A DNA stretch of 64,000 nt, taken from assembly GCF_006345805.1 (NCBI RefSeq), contig NC_042998.1, positions 17,422,001-17,486,000 of the forward strand. Direction: 5' to 3'. The stretch's first letter is position 1. The number at the start of each line of letters is the position of its first letter. Source of the DNA: Octopus sinensis. Taxonomy: Eukaryota. The notes under the pieces are model-generated. The model saw only the letters and a program-made list of their open reading frames with translations, was not told the origin of the DNA and ran no database searches. Below are positions 14,223 to 26,664 of the stretch, piece after piece. The position numbers were made by a program, and so were the translations under genes.

Positions 14223-14820
14223 AATAATAATAATAATAATAATGAAATTATGATATACAGTGCTCAGGTGCACCACAACTTGTCAGAAAGTGCGTATAAA
14301 GCATATGCAGTAATGTACAAATGTCTGGAAAATGAACAGTGTGTGAGTCAGATACATGCTTGTGTGTGTATGAAGGGGAGAAAATCAGGTGTAGTGTTGG
14401 CGAATCTCAGGAAGCATGGAAGTTTTGAAGGATGTAGTGCCTCGACTACTAACAACTTATGCCGGCTGTTCGCTCCATAACTCAGCAACACTTAGCGTGA
14501 AAAAATGTTTCCGAAATCACGGGAGCTCTGCTGTTTTCTGACTTTGTCCACGGGTGTTACACAGGTAGAGTTTGAAAAGGTGCTCAGAATTATTGTTTGT
14601 AAGATGGTTAATAATTTTATGGGTGTCTGCCAAGTCAGCTGCCAGACGTCGGAGTTTCATGCCCAGGGAAGTAAGGCTTTCAGAATATGGCAAATGTCTC
14701 ATGTTTCATGGTGTAGTGTAGATACTTTTGATACTATAATAGATGAGAATAGTAGTTATTCTTATAGGGACGTTACTCTTGTGTGCAAGACAGGGTGGAT
14801 CCAACCATAACATCAATTGG
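14223..14820 (-). mobile_element. CR1/L2-like LINE 3' fragment
   Basis: ORF 14517-14702 RHLPYSESLTSLG..KLRRLAADL..THKII..NTRG resembles the CR1-group ORF2 C-terminus. 3' UTR ends in an (ATT)n tail at 14223-14245. Confidence 0.75.
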
Positions 14821-15017
14821 AGTTTACTAATTTTCATAAAAGTACTGAAGCTCACGTATGGGAAATAATAAAATATATATAGTATAGCCAATAAATCTAT
14901 GTATTGTTACATGGTTACCTGTTTGTTGTAATTCCGTAGTAACCACGGTTTCCATCCTGCGTTCAAATCACATCCATACGTATTTTCAGGACACTCCTAT
15001 TGAAACAACTAGAATGA

Positions 15018-15403
15018 GGAGGCGCAATGGCCCAGTGGTTAGGGCAGCGGACTCGCGGTCATAGGATCACGATTTCGATTCCCAGACCGGGCGTTGTGAG
15101 TGTTTATTGAGCGAAAACACCTAAAGCTCCATGAGGCTCCGGCAGGGGATGGTGGTGATCCCTGCTGTACTCTTTCACCACAACTTTCTCTCACTCTTAC
15201 TTCCTGTTTCTGTTGTACCTGTATTTCAAAGGGCCGGTCTTGTCACTCTCTGTGTCACGCTGAATATCCCCGAGAACTACGTTAGGGGTACACGTGTCTG
15301 TGGAGTGCTCGGCCACTTACACGTTAATTTCACGAGCATGCTTTTCCGTTGATTCGGATCAACCGGAACCCTCGTCGTCGTAACCGACGGAGTGCTTCCA
15401 CCG
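15018..15403 (+). mobile_element. tRNA(Arg-like)-headed SINE, family C, full length with TSD
   Basis: A-box tggcccagtggtt and B-box ggtttcgattccc. 10-bp TSD actagaatga at 15008-15017 and 15404-15413. Confidence 0.92.
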
Positions 15404-16439
15404 ACTAGAATGAAAGGAGGATAACAAAGGGATATTTTTTTATGGATATGATTATACATTTTGTGTTCTTCGAATGCTTCGTGACATGATGGACCTCACC
15501 TAGAATTTTTCTCAACAAAATTGAAGAGCATAATTCTTTTTAAAGTTAAGCAGTTGCACGTGCAAGAAAACCTTCCATCCCCAGACCATGTGTCTCCGAA
15601 AATATTATATTTACAAATAACATCGTTTTCTATGCCTAGGAAAGCTTTAGAAAACGTTCCATACGCAGGCCCAATTAGAGAATCATTATACACTCTTTGT
15701 TACATAGCATTTATGTTGACTTTTGAGAAATGGAAGGGAAACTCGATGACATAGTCAAACTAAGAACTTTTAAGAATATTTCTGTCTATACAGAAGGAGA
15801 TTTTTGCATGATATAAATACATCTGTAATGTTAATGAAATAAAATTTGGGTAGCATGCTATGTAAAGCTCGTCCACATTGTTTGCTACCGACTGTCATCA
15901 AACAGTGCGAATGATCTTGCTACTGAACATATATCAGAAATTCAATAGTATCGATAGAGATTATATAAATACATACCTAACGGAAAATGGATTCGACGAC
16001 ATTCTTTATTTTAAATGACTATAATTGTTGAGATAATATAATTAACATATTGTGTATGTGTAATCAATATCATCCATTAAAGGTGTAAAATGTGTTTCTT
16101 CGGGTGATTATTTGAAATAATTCGTCGTTAGATTATATTCTCCTTTCACTCGGTGGGTGTCATAGTGAATAAACAAAGGTGTGCATTATTTTCAGCGATT
16201 TGCAGACGAAACTAACCCCATAGATATAGTGGCAAACAAAACATAACAAAAATTCCCTAATTAATCCTCCTGCATCCTCCCTTGTAGCTCTTGTATGTAT
16301 TTATTACATGAAATGTTTTTAGCTACCTTTACTTTTTCTAAACCTATATCTTCCTCTCTGCACATATATATCTTGGATTCAAGCAGCGTCATTTTCTCAA
16401 TTTGGATTTTTATTCGCATTCAGAGCAACCGTAGTTTCT

Positions 16440-17600
16440 AAACGGTTTTAGCTACCTTTACTTTGATCGCTCCGTTCATTCAGGAAATCACTGCATTGCA
16501 TAATATATAGGGCTTCTGCGATGCAGAGATCACATTTGTTGTTATAACCGTTGTGGAGGAGGGTATGGATAACGATTAATCATTTCAAATTGTATAGAAC
16601 TGAGTTTTCTTTAGGTTATGAATGAGCCTATATAAAGAATTGATGTTAGTTTTCACTTGAGATTTAAAGCTAGAATAGTGGTTAACAACTCCGACCTTGA
16701 AGGTCGTGCTGTGCGAGCTGATATATACATACACGGATCTTCCGTGGATACCGTAAATTTCAATATGATATTTTTGTGAGGCCTCTATTTTTCAAGGTAC
16801 AGGAAATGGGACGTCAACAGCTGCAGAGGATTCTAGAAGTGGCTAACATGGAGTTCCCAGAATAATGATTATCTGGGGGTTAACCTGGTCTTATATACAT
16901 TGTCTACCGAGTATATGGGATTGGTAATTTTTAGGGTGGTGAGGGAGTCATCCGGCGTATTTAGTGATATTATTACTATCATAACTTATTTCGGTGGTAT
17001 GGTGTAGCCGGGTCACTAGGTTAAAGGTATAGGATGGAGTATTAGGATTAGGGCTGGCGGTGTGAGGTTCGGTGTTCGTGAGGAGGTTTAAGGATGTCCT
17101 AGGGTTATGAGTGTGGACTGCAGGTTAGAAAGTATGGTATTAACGTGATTGAAGTTAACTAATTGCTAATTATCTAGTTCCTTAGTGTTAAGTCGCCGGA
17201 TTATTCCGATAATTTGAGTGTGGTGAAGTAGGGAAATTTGATAGGTTGAAGAGTTGAAGATTTTGAAGACGGACCTACATGAATGATTTTCAAGCAGAAC
17301 AAAGAGAATTTTAGGTGCTCTCGTCTGAACTTTAAGGGCAAAAGGGGTTGAACCAGATAACGTCCCGTGTTCCGGACCACTTCTTCAGCTCGTTGGTGGT
17401 GGTGGGGATACATGAGTATGACTTAGAGTAGGGTGGTGCATCATCTTGAATAGTTTGGCAGGCAGCGGCAGATTTGAGATCCACAATAACAGGGTGGGAT
17501 GAGTGTCTATTTTTTAGTCACTCCTGGAAGAATGCAGTAATTATTTCAGCCTGGCTGTGTTGGTAGACAGTTGAAAAGAATACTTTTAAGAAAAGAAAAA
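16440..17600 (-). mobile_element. Degenerate Penelope-like element (linker plus GIY-YIG endonuclease remnant)
   Basis: Minus strand gives RDVIWFNP...KIFNS...HN-type linker (~17250-17375), STTFK...NHYSSFK, and GYNNKCDLCIAEALYIMQCSDFLNERS (~16470-16550). These parallel the endonuclease of the PLE at 47408-47947. Confidence 0.75.
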
Positions 17601-17699
17601 AATAATAATAAAATGATAGTATAGTAGTTGCGGGTAGACCCCTTTAGTCTCTTGGCAACCACTATTTTTATACACACATAAATATTTACATATGCATAT

Positions 17700-18335
17700 G
17701 TGTATGTATCTATTTGTGTGTCATTGTTGTTTGTATTTGTCTCCTATCACCATTTGATAATCGAGCTTGGTTTCTTTTCGTCTCCTTAAAGCAATGATTC
17801 AGCAATAAGAGACCGATAAGTTAAATACCAGGCTTTAAAATAAGTTCTGGTGGTCGATTTTGTTTCTTTTTGGTTAATACCCTTTCAGTGGAGGCGCAAT
17901 GGCCCAGTGGTTAGGGCAGCGGACTCGCGGTCATAGGATCGCGGTTTCGATTCCCAGACCGGGCGTTGTGAGTGTTTATTGAGCGAAAACACCTAAAAGC
18001 TCCACGACGCTCCGGCAGGGGATGGTGGTGATCCCTGCTGTACTCTTTCACCACAACTTTCTCTCACTCTTTCTTCCTGTTTCTGTTGTGCCTGTATTTC
18101 AAAGGGCTAGCCTTGTCACTCTCTGTGTCACGCTGAATATCTCCGAGAACTACGTTAAGGGTGCTCGTGTCTTTGGAGTGCTCAGCCACTTACACGTTAA
18201 TTTCACGAGCAGGCTGTTCCGTTGATCGGATCAACCGGAACCCTCATCGTCGTAACCGACGGAGTGCTTCCATCATCCTTTCAGTCGGTGCCCCAGCACG
18301 ACCGCTATCAAGTGACTGAAACAAGTAGAAGAGAA
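17700..18335 (+). mobile_element. Old SINE family A 3' half, split by a family C insertion
   Basis: gagaccgataag...ggtcgatt (to ~17880) continues as cggtgccccagcacgaccgc..tgactgaaacaagt (18286-18335). Confidence 0.7.
17890..18276 (+). mobile_element. SINE family C, full length with TSD
   Basis: Matches 15018-15403. 9-bp TSD cctttcagt at 17881-17889 and 18277-18285. Confidence 0.92.
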
Positions 18336-19279
18336 AGACGTAGAATATATATAGGGTTAATCTCACTCTCTATTGAAAGAGAAAATGTCAAATTTGTTTG
18401 TTCATTGAACAGTTTTATCTATTCTTATATTGATGATTTGCTGTCATCACGTAGAATTTTAACAGTTTTTAAAAATATATTAGTCTTTATTTATGATAAT
18501 AAGCTGATTGTTCATATCGATTTTACATATTACAAAGTTATCGTTAATTTTCAGGCCCTACAGATCTAAAAAAAGATTTTTCATTAAGACATTTTTAGTG
18601 TTGTATCCCTTTGTTATTTACACTCCCGGATAAGCCTTGCGGTTTGTCATCAATTTATAATTATACGTTTATCCGTAATCGCTTCAGAAGTCTGAAGAAA
18701 TAAATCAATTTCAAAAATTCTTTATGTTCTTGCAATATTCTCATTTCATGCGGAAGACTGAATGGGTGTGTGAGTAATTTGATCAATGCTGAGTGTAGGC
18801 AGCGATAGAAAAAAAAAGGATTTTGTCTTCTTGTGTAAGCAACGATATATGCCGGTTATAAGGATTACTCAGTTACCGTATATTTAAATTCTTTGTTTCA
18901 GGTGAAAAATTTTTGCATTAATGAGTAATGCTCAACTACTTAAATATGTTCCAATTACCATTCTTTTGTACGTTAAATATCATAGATAAGTTTTAAGAGT
19001 TATTCTTGGTCATAACATCATTTGTATAATTTATGTGAATGACACATTTCTTGTGACAGATGCAGAAGAAGAGGCAGGTACAATTAATGAAGATCTCAAA
19101 AATGATTCCAAGTTTAGAATTCTAAATAGCTCAACTCTAAATTCACACAATAATATTACTCTTCCTGACATGTAAATCCAGGAATAAAAGACAACCAAAA
19201 TTAGCATTTCTTTATACACAAGCAAGACAAGCGCACAGAGATCATTAGTAGCACCATAGATATAAAATATCAACAGCAA

Positions 19280-19643
19280 GTGGAGGCGCAATGGCTAGGA
19301 CAGCGGACTCGCAGTTGGAGGATCGCGGTTTCGATTCCCAAACCGGGCGTTGTGTGTATTTATTGAGCGAAAATACCTAAAGCTCCACGAGGCTCTGGCA
19401 GGAGGTGGTGGCGACCCCTGTTGTACTCTTTCGCTCCAACTTTCTTCCTGTTTCTTGTCCCCGACTTCTTACGCAACCGCTGAGCCTGGATGCGCATTCA
19501 TCCATCCGTCGATGCTCTCGGTGTCGGGGGTTGATCTGCTTTCTCTTCAGTGGGTCTTGCGAAGAGCAAAGGACCACGTTTCGAACTTGTCCCACTAATG
19601 GGATGAAGATAGCTTCGCTCAACAAACAAACAAACAAACAAAC
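19280..19643 (+). mobile_element. SINE with family C head but alternative 3' half, (CAAA)n tail and TSD
   Basis: First ~170 nt match family C, then unrelated sequence ending in (aaac)n. 14-bp TSD aatatcaacagcaa at 19266-19279 and 19644-19657. Confidence 0.88.
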
Positions 19644-20366
19644 AATATCAACAGCAACATCCCGTTATATGTGAATATTTTAACAGCCACATGGTAAACT
19701 GATTTAAATAAAGAGACTTTTTGAGTACAAGTAACCTTTATTAATAACAGTTACTCAGATATATCAGCGTACATAACTATAGTAAAATTCAAGTATACAT
19801 TTACCTGCTGAGACGCATCAGATATAATCGCTAATAGGAAATACAAAATCTACTAGTGTATATTTTGTTGTATTGACTGAATAGACATCATGCAGATAAC
19901 AATATTTATCAAGTATAGTTGGAAAGAAATGAAAATTATTATGAATAAAATTATAACGGAAAGCTTTTCGTTAACATGCAGTCGAAAACTTTCAAACCGC
20001 AGGTATTTAAACACAGTAAACTTCAAATATCAATGTAAAAATGTAAAAATGAAAATTGGTAATGACTTCACACAAATTTTACCTTCGGATCCATGGACAC
20101 ATTTTCTGGTTGGTTTATCATGTATAGGCAACTAAAAAATACCTAAGTAACGTGTGTACTTTCACACATACATAAGTAACGGTATGGAAAGGCATATACA
20201 TATCCATATGTGCGCGTATATGGTTGTAGATGTGTGCATGTGTGAGTGCGTGTGTTTGTGTGTGTTTATGTATGTGCGTATGGGTACGTATAGGTGTGTA
20301 TCATTTAATGCATGTCCCAGAGAATTAGAAAAATTAGAGAATTTGAAAATTTATGTATATAACTTA

Positions 20367-20434
20367 CAAGCACACATGACCTTACATTTACCCACAGACC
20401 CAAGCACACATGACCTTACATTTACCCACAGATC
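20367..20434. repeat. 34-bp tandem duplication (2 copies)
   Basis: caagcacacatgaccttacatttacccacaga(c/t)c at 20367-20400 and 20401-20434. Confidence 0.9.
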
Positions 20435-20539
20435 CACACACGCACTTACATATAGATGCGCACACTGATGCAGGTATTACTCATGCATACACACGAACAC
20501 ATACAGACATGCAAGGCATTAATATATATATTATACTTG

Positions 20540-20757
20540 ACGGCCAGCTGGCAGAAACATTGGCACGCCGGGCGAAGTGTTTAGCGGTATTTCGTCTGTC
20601 TTTGCGATCAGAGTTCAAATCCCGCCGAGGTCGACTTTGCCTTTCATCCTTTCGGGGTCGATAAATTAAGTACCAGTTACGCACTAGGGTCGATGTAATT
20701 GACTTAATCCCTTTGCCTGTCCTTATTTGTCCCCTCTTGTAGGCAATAAAGAAATAG
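20540..20757 (+). mobile_element. SINE family B
   Basis: gctggcagaaacattggcacgccgggcgaa...gagttcaaatcccgccgaggtcgactttgcctttcatcctttcggggtcgataaattaagtacc. Confidence 0.9.
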
Positions 20758-20786
20758 TATACAGTAGCAATAACGAAATAGTATAC

Positions 20787-20942
20787 ATTAGCACGCCAGG
20801 CGAAATGTTTAGCGGCATTTCGTCTATCTCTACGATTTAAGTTCAAATTCCGCCGAGGACAACTTTACCATTCGTCCTTTCGGGGTCGATAGATTAAGTA
20901 CCAATTGCGTACTGGTGTCCAGCTAATCGACTGGCACCATCC
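20787..20942 (+). mobile_element. SINE family B, second adjacent diverged copy
   Basis: ttagcacgccaggcgaaatg...gttcaaattccgccgagg...cctttcggggtcgatagattaagtacc. Confidence 0.8.
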
Positions 20943-21701
20943 CGAATATTTATACTATGCATTAACTTCAAAGTTTCACAAAGAGAATTGTTTCATCAAA
21001 CTGTACAGGCGATGTCCATTAAATCGAATTTTTACGCAGTCACTCAGATATTCAAATACTTTCACTTAATCTATCGCATTATACTAAAGATTTACTTTTA
21101 TTTCTGATTCTCTTACTCACGTAAAAATTACAAGCTCTTACATTTTTTAAATAAACCTTGCTTCTCCCTTCCAGACGTAAACTTTCGCAATAATACTGTT
21201 TTTTCTGATATAGCTAAAATATATATATTTCGGTTCAAGGCGCTTATCCCATAAACCACCATACTACACATCAGCACATCCGCGCAGACTCACACCTGAA
21301 GGTATAGAAGCACGAACTAGCTAGCACGCATAGACACACATACAGCACAAACACACACGCATACACACACACACATACACACACACACTTTTCCTCATGC
21401 TCGCAAACACTCCGACATATATTTTCACTGGAATACATAGAGGCATACAAAAATAGAACATAGTACCAAAGTAACTGATACTCATAGATAGCTGAAGCAA
21501 TACTGAACTAAGTAGACTGGATATATTTTATTGATGTCATAAAAGAGGCCGGAAGAACTGAGTGATTGAGTCAATTATCAAACAATACATTAGTTACATG
21601 GGTAATTACCTAACCAATAGAAAAAAATGTTAATAAAGAACTGAAAGAGAACCGAGCGTGTTTATCATGATATAATGATCCTCCCAAGGTTCAGCAATGT
21701 T

Positions 21702-21795
<94 letters not shown>

Positions 21796-21833
21796 GACTT
21801 AGCATATTTTGGAACTTAGCATATTCAAGGATA

Positions 21834-21904
<71 letters not shown>

Positions 21905-22027
21905 ATCATCTCTCTATAATATATAACCATTGATACTGCATACTATCATAATAAAACTGTGGATATATATTTCATTTTGGCATACTTTCATACATTTCAT
22001 GCCAGCTCACACACACACATATATATG

Positions 22028-22061
<34 letters not shown>

Positions 22062-22296
22062 GTGTGTGTGTGTGTGTTTACCACAAAGCTACAAATGTAC
22101 GTAATGGGAATATTTATGTAAAATAGAATCCGATATATTTGCGTATATTTCTTCTGGAATTTTCATATCTATGTATATTGATATGAATATTTTATGAATA
22201 TAGACGAATAAATGCATTCATGTCATGATTTATGTAAGGACTTACACACTTATGAACATGTTCGTACATACATACACAAACAGACACATATGTTCG

Positions 22297-22363
<67 letters not shown>

Positions 22364-23210
22364 GCATATATTTGTATTTAAGTATATGTGTTTATATTTA
22401 TACAGATATATGCTTACATACTTATTTATCCTTAATATATCTTATCTGCTTTATTTCCGGCAAGATTCTCAACAGAACAGTAGCTTCAAATGAATCAGCA
22501 GTTTCTGTCATTGCTTCTTTCAAACGAGTACTTATGTTCATATTTCAATGATGTTATCTCTCAAACCATCATTTTCATTTCAATTTGAATGAAAGAATCA
22601 TACTTCCAAACGAAATGTATATATCTTCCAACATAATTCCAGTCTGAATTTGAGAGAAATTGCTAGTTTTCGAACGGAAGGCTTTCACTTTTTAATTTGA
22701 TTTATTACTCTGATATCTGAATTCATTCCCATTCATTTCATTCAACAATATCAATTTTGATTTTTTTTTCTCTTCCCAATTCTTAGAGATGCTTGTAAAT
22801 AATTTAATTTGTTTTCTCTTCACTCTATCCCTTGAAGAATGCAAAGAAAACAAAATAAAGTTTGACTCTCTTCCATAATTGACAGAAGATAACTGCAAGC
22901 ATTTATTCTACATATTAGAAAAAATTGAATATGCTTCTTCAACCATAATTCTTTGCATACATTTAACAATTTAATCCAAAACGGTTTATTAACTTTGGTA
23001 TCACCGCAAAATATAAATATAAATAAACGTGTGTACGTTCACACATACCTAAGTAACAGTATGAAAAGGCATATACATATTCATATGTGCGCGTATATGG
23101 TTGTAGATGTGTGTACGTGTGTGGGCGCGTCCGTTTGTGTGTCTGTGTTTACGTATGTGTGTATGCATGTCCCAGAGAACTTGGAAAATACATACATACA
23201 TATGTGTGTG

Positions 23211-23320
23211 TGTGCGTTGAATACTGTAGGCTCGAAACGTAAAAAAACAATCTCACCTTCCCGAGCGTCAAACAAATACATCTGGTTTATACACCTGTCT
23301 TCGTCGTTTGCTTTACTGCA
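23211..23320 (+). mobile_element. Degenerate copy of the short HHR-containing unit seen at 30491-30656
   Basis: gtaggctcgaaacgtaaaa...aatacatctg...acacctgtcttcgtc is shared with 30547-30631. Confidence 0.65.
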
Positions 23321-23502
23321 AATTTTAAGTATATATATATACACATACTTACACATATATATACCCACGAACGCACGCACAGTATCACTCACATATCTGT
23401 ATATACATCTATATATATGAATACATAAATATAAATATATATAAACATATGCACACAGATATATATATATATATATATATATTCATTTTATATATTTATT
23501 CA

Positions 23503-23865
23503 TGCACTTGTTCCAGTCATTTGACTGGAGCCATGCTGGAGCACTGCCTTTCGTCGAACAAATCGCCTCCAGGACTTATGCTTTGTAAGCTTAGTGCTTA
23601 TTCTAGTGGACTCTTTTGCTGAACCACTAAGTAACGCGGACGTAAACACACCAACATCGATTGTCAAGCGGTGATGGTTAGACAAGCACAGATACACACA
23701 CAAATACATTCATATATACATATACGACTACTTTTAGTCTCCGTCTACCAAATTCACTCGGCCCCAAGCGATAGTAGAAGGAATTGACCAAGCATCATGT
23801 AGTGGAGCTGAACCCAGAACCATGCGATTGGAAAGCAGCTTCTTGCCACACAGCACGCTGCACCT
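23503..23865 (-). mobile_element. SINE family A (diverged)
   Basis: Reverse complement of family A. Confidence 0.85.
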
Positions 23866-23866
23866 A

Positions 23867-23906
<40 letters not shown>

Positions 23907-24610
23907 ATATATATATATAGGTAAATATATAGATAGATATAGATATATATATATAGATAGATAGACAGACAGACAAACATATAAATAGATAGATAGATAG
24001 ATAGATAGATATACATATATATATGCTTATATAAATACAAATGCACACACACGTGTATATTCATACATACACAATCCAACACGTTCGCACACACACTTAT
24101 ATATATGTTTCCATATCAAATCGTTTAGTTTTCGATATTTATTATTAAGTGTATAAATCTCAAAATTAATATAGTAGAAAAGATTTATTGATTTTTACTA
24201 TTGAAAATGCTAATACCCTAAAACCAGATTTATAGTTATATGAAAAATATTTTATATTACATGTATAAAGAAAATATCTTCCTTGAACTATATTGAATAG
24301 CCACCGATCATTTCAGTTGTAACATTGTTATTTTAACCCCAAGCAACCGTAGCAAATATGCATATAATATTCTCTGACAAATATGTGCAATAGCCCGCAG
24401 TGCCTTTGAAATATGAAAAGTCATTCTACACAACAATCGGTATTTATATATATAATGTTGATATTTTATTTCATTTTTAATTATTTTTAAATATGTCGTT
24501 GATTTACCCTGAAGCTTCGAACTTTTTATATGATACGACAACTATAACAAAAGGAGAATCAAACACACATAGGTATAGGCAGGGACACCTACTTCGATCG
24601 GTATGTATGA

Positions 24611-24697
<87 letters not shown>

Positions 24698-25813
24698 CAA
24701 GGAGATACTACAGGCTTAAGTAAATATATATGGGAATTAAAATCTAGAAATATAGAGTACACTCCTATAATATTGTAATATTGGGAATAAAATGTGTTTA
24801 TTATGCATAACTGAATTTATGAAGCTACTACAGTCTACAGATGAATTAGTAAACACGCATGATGAGCGAGGAGTGAAATGTACGCCCCGAAATAATCTTA
24901 TATTTAGTTAAATGAAGCACTGAACACCAAAACACTGAATCAAATAATCACGCAGTTTTATTTCTAAATCACTTGAATAGACTATATAAAGTAATAAATA
25001 AAATATAAACAGATAAATGCAATAATTGAAATAAAATAGATATATGAATTAAATATTACTAAAAATATGTAATAACAAATTATATATACCTCCCAATATA
25101 GGTAAATTTGAAAATAATAATATGGGATAATTTAAAATTAAAACTATGTATAGTGTAATTACCCCCCTTGGTACTAATCACCTATAAATACCCATAGTTC
25201 CCTGCAATCTTCTTCCTCAAATCACAGTTTTAATACCAGCATAAAAAGGAAGATAAGTATTTGAATTTTTTCTTATATATCACATTTAAACACAGACATT
25301 TTGATTCTGATGTTTAATCTTATATCTCACATTCTGTATTTGACATATACTTGATTTTACATGATTGATATATATACTAATTCATATTTATAATGAAGAA
25401 TTTATAAATTTTAATTCTTAATATTACAAAATATAATTTTTATTATTAATATTAAATTCGAAATGGAACCTGAAGATGGGTTGGAATAATTGCAAATCTG
25501 ATGATTTCATATATGTATATTTATATATGTATATATATTTAGGTATACAGTTGTGTGTATGTATATATAGTGTAATCTTCCAATGCTGAAACACATGTAG
25601 TTCATATTTAATAAACATAAGTATTAACTAAATTAGGATTTATTTAATGAAGTATATTATATACGCAGCTGGTAATTTTAGTTATATCCTTTAAGTATTA
25701 TTTTGTGATGTGCAAACTGATATCATGAGTTTATCGTCAGATATACTTATTAGGATATTTTTGTATTATCTGAAATAGCATAGCAGCATGTCGATTAATA
25801 CCCAAAAGTTGAA

Positions 25814-25850
<37 letters not shown>

Positions 25851-25921
25851 ATATATATATATATATATACGTAATTATTATTTTATATGTTTCAGCCCTA
25901 AGGTTGTGACCATGCGGCCAC

Positions 25922-25961
<40 letters not shown>

Positions 25962-25966
<5 letters not shown>

Positions 25967-26200
25967 CTTGACCGACCAGTCCGTCGGGCGACCATTTGAC
26001 ACCGCTGGTCACAGCACGCTGTCCACTCCTCTCTGGATCGCGTCTTCCTCATCCACGTGATCCCAGTTGCCCTCCTGAAATTGCAACTCCACCCAAATGA
26101 ATAAACGGCCCAGCTTGAGATACAGATGAGAACATCAGTGTCAAATTCCCTCATATACGAAGTGGGCCATCATCCAAGGGAGAAAGCTCATACAGTAGTG
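25962..26200 (-). mobile_element. LINE 3' terminal fragment (probably RTE-like)
   Basis: Minus-strand ORF ends ...EEWTACCDQRCQMVARRTGRSR* and runs directly into (TA)n. The 3' end is shared with the SINE tail at 33190-33246. Clade is inferred. Confidence 0.55.
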
Positions 26201-26353
26201 ATGATATGAAATCTCACCGCACTGAAGAAATATGCCAAAGAAGAATTATATGTAAAAACATGGTGGTGCTTTAGCACGATTGCAACCAAGTCGCTGAAAC
26301 GAATTAAGTTAATTATATATATATATAGATATATATATGTATATATATATGTA

Positions 26354-26384
<31 letters not shown>

Positions 26385-26387
<3 letters not shown>

Positions 26388-26640
26388 GTTCTTGAGCAAG
26401 GCACTTTATTTCACGTTGCTCCAGTTCACTCAGCTGTAGAAATGAGTTGCGACGTCTCTGGTGCCAAGCTGTATCGACCTTGGTCTTTCCCTTTGATAAC
26501 ACTGGTGGCGTGGAGAGGGGAGGCTGGTATGCATGGGCGACTGCTGGTCTTCCACAAACAACCTCGCCCGGACTTGTGTCTAGGAGGGTAACTTTCTAAG
26601 TGCAATCCCATGGTCTGTGTCGTGACCGAAGGGGGTCTCC
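26385..26640 (+). mobile_element. SINE family D, body and tail (head lost in a TA tract)
   Basis: cttgagcaaggcactttatttcacgttgctccagttcactcagctgtagaaatgagt resembles conserved central domains of animal SINEs. Followed by a GC-richer tail and (TA)n. Confidence 0.55.
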
Positions 26641-26664
26641 GAATATATATATATATATATATAT

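Noticed and set aside
15018-15095. tRNA-like sequences at SINE heads
   Set aside because: They continue into SINE bodies with TSDs and lack a proper acceptor stem, so they are not tRNA genes.
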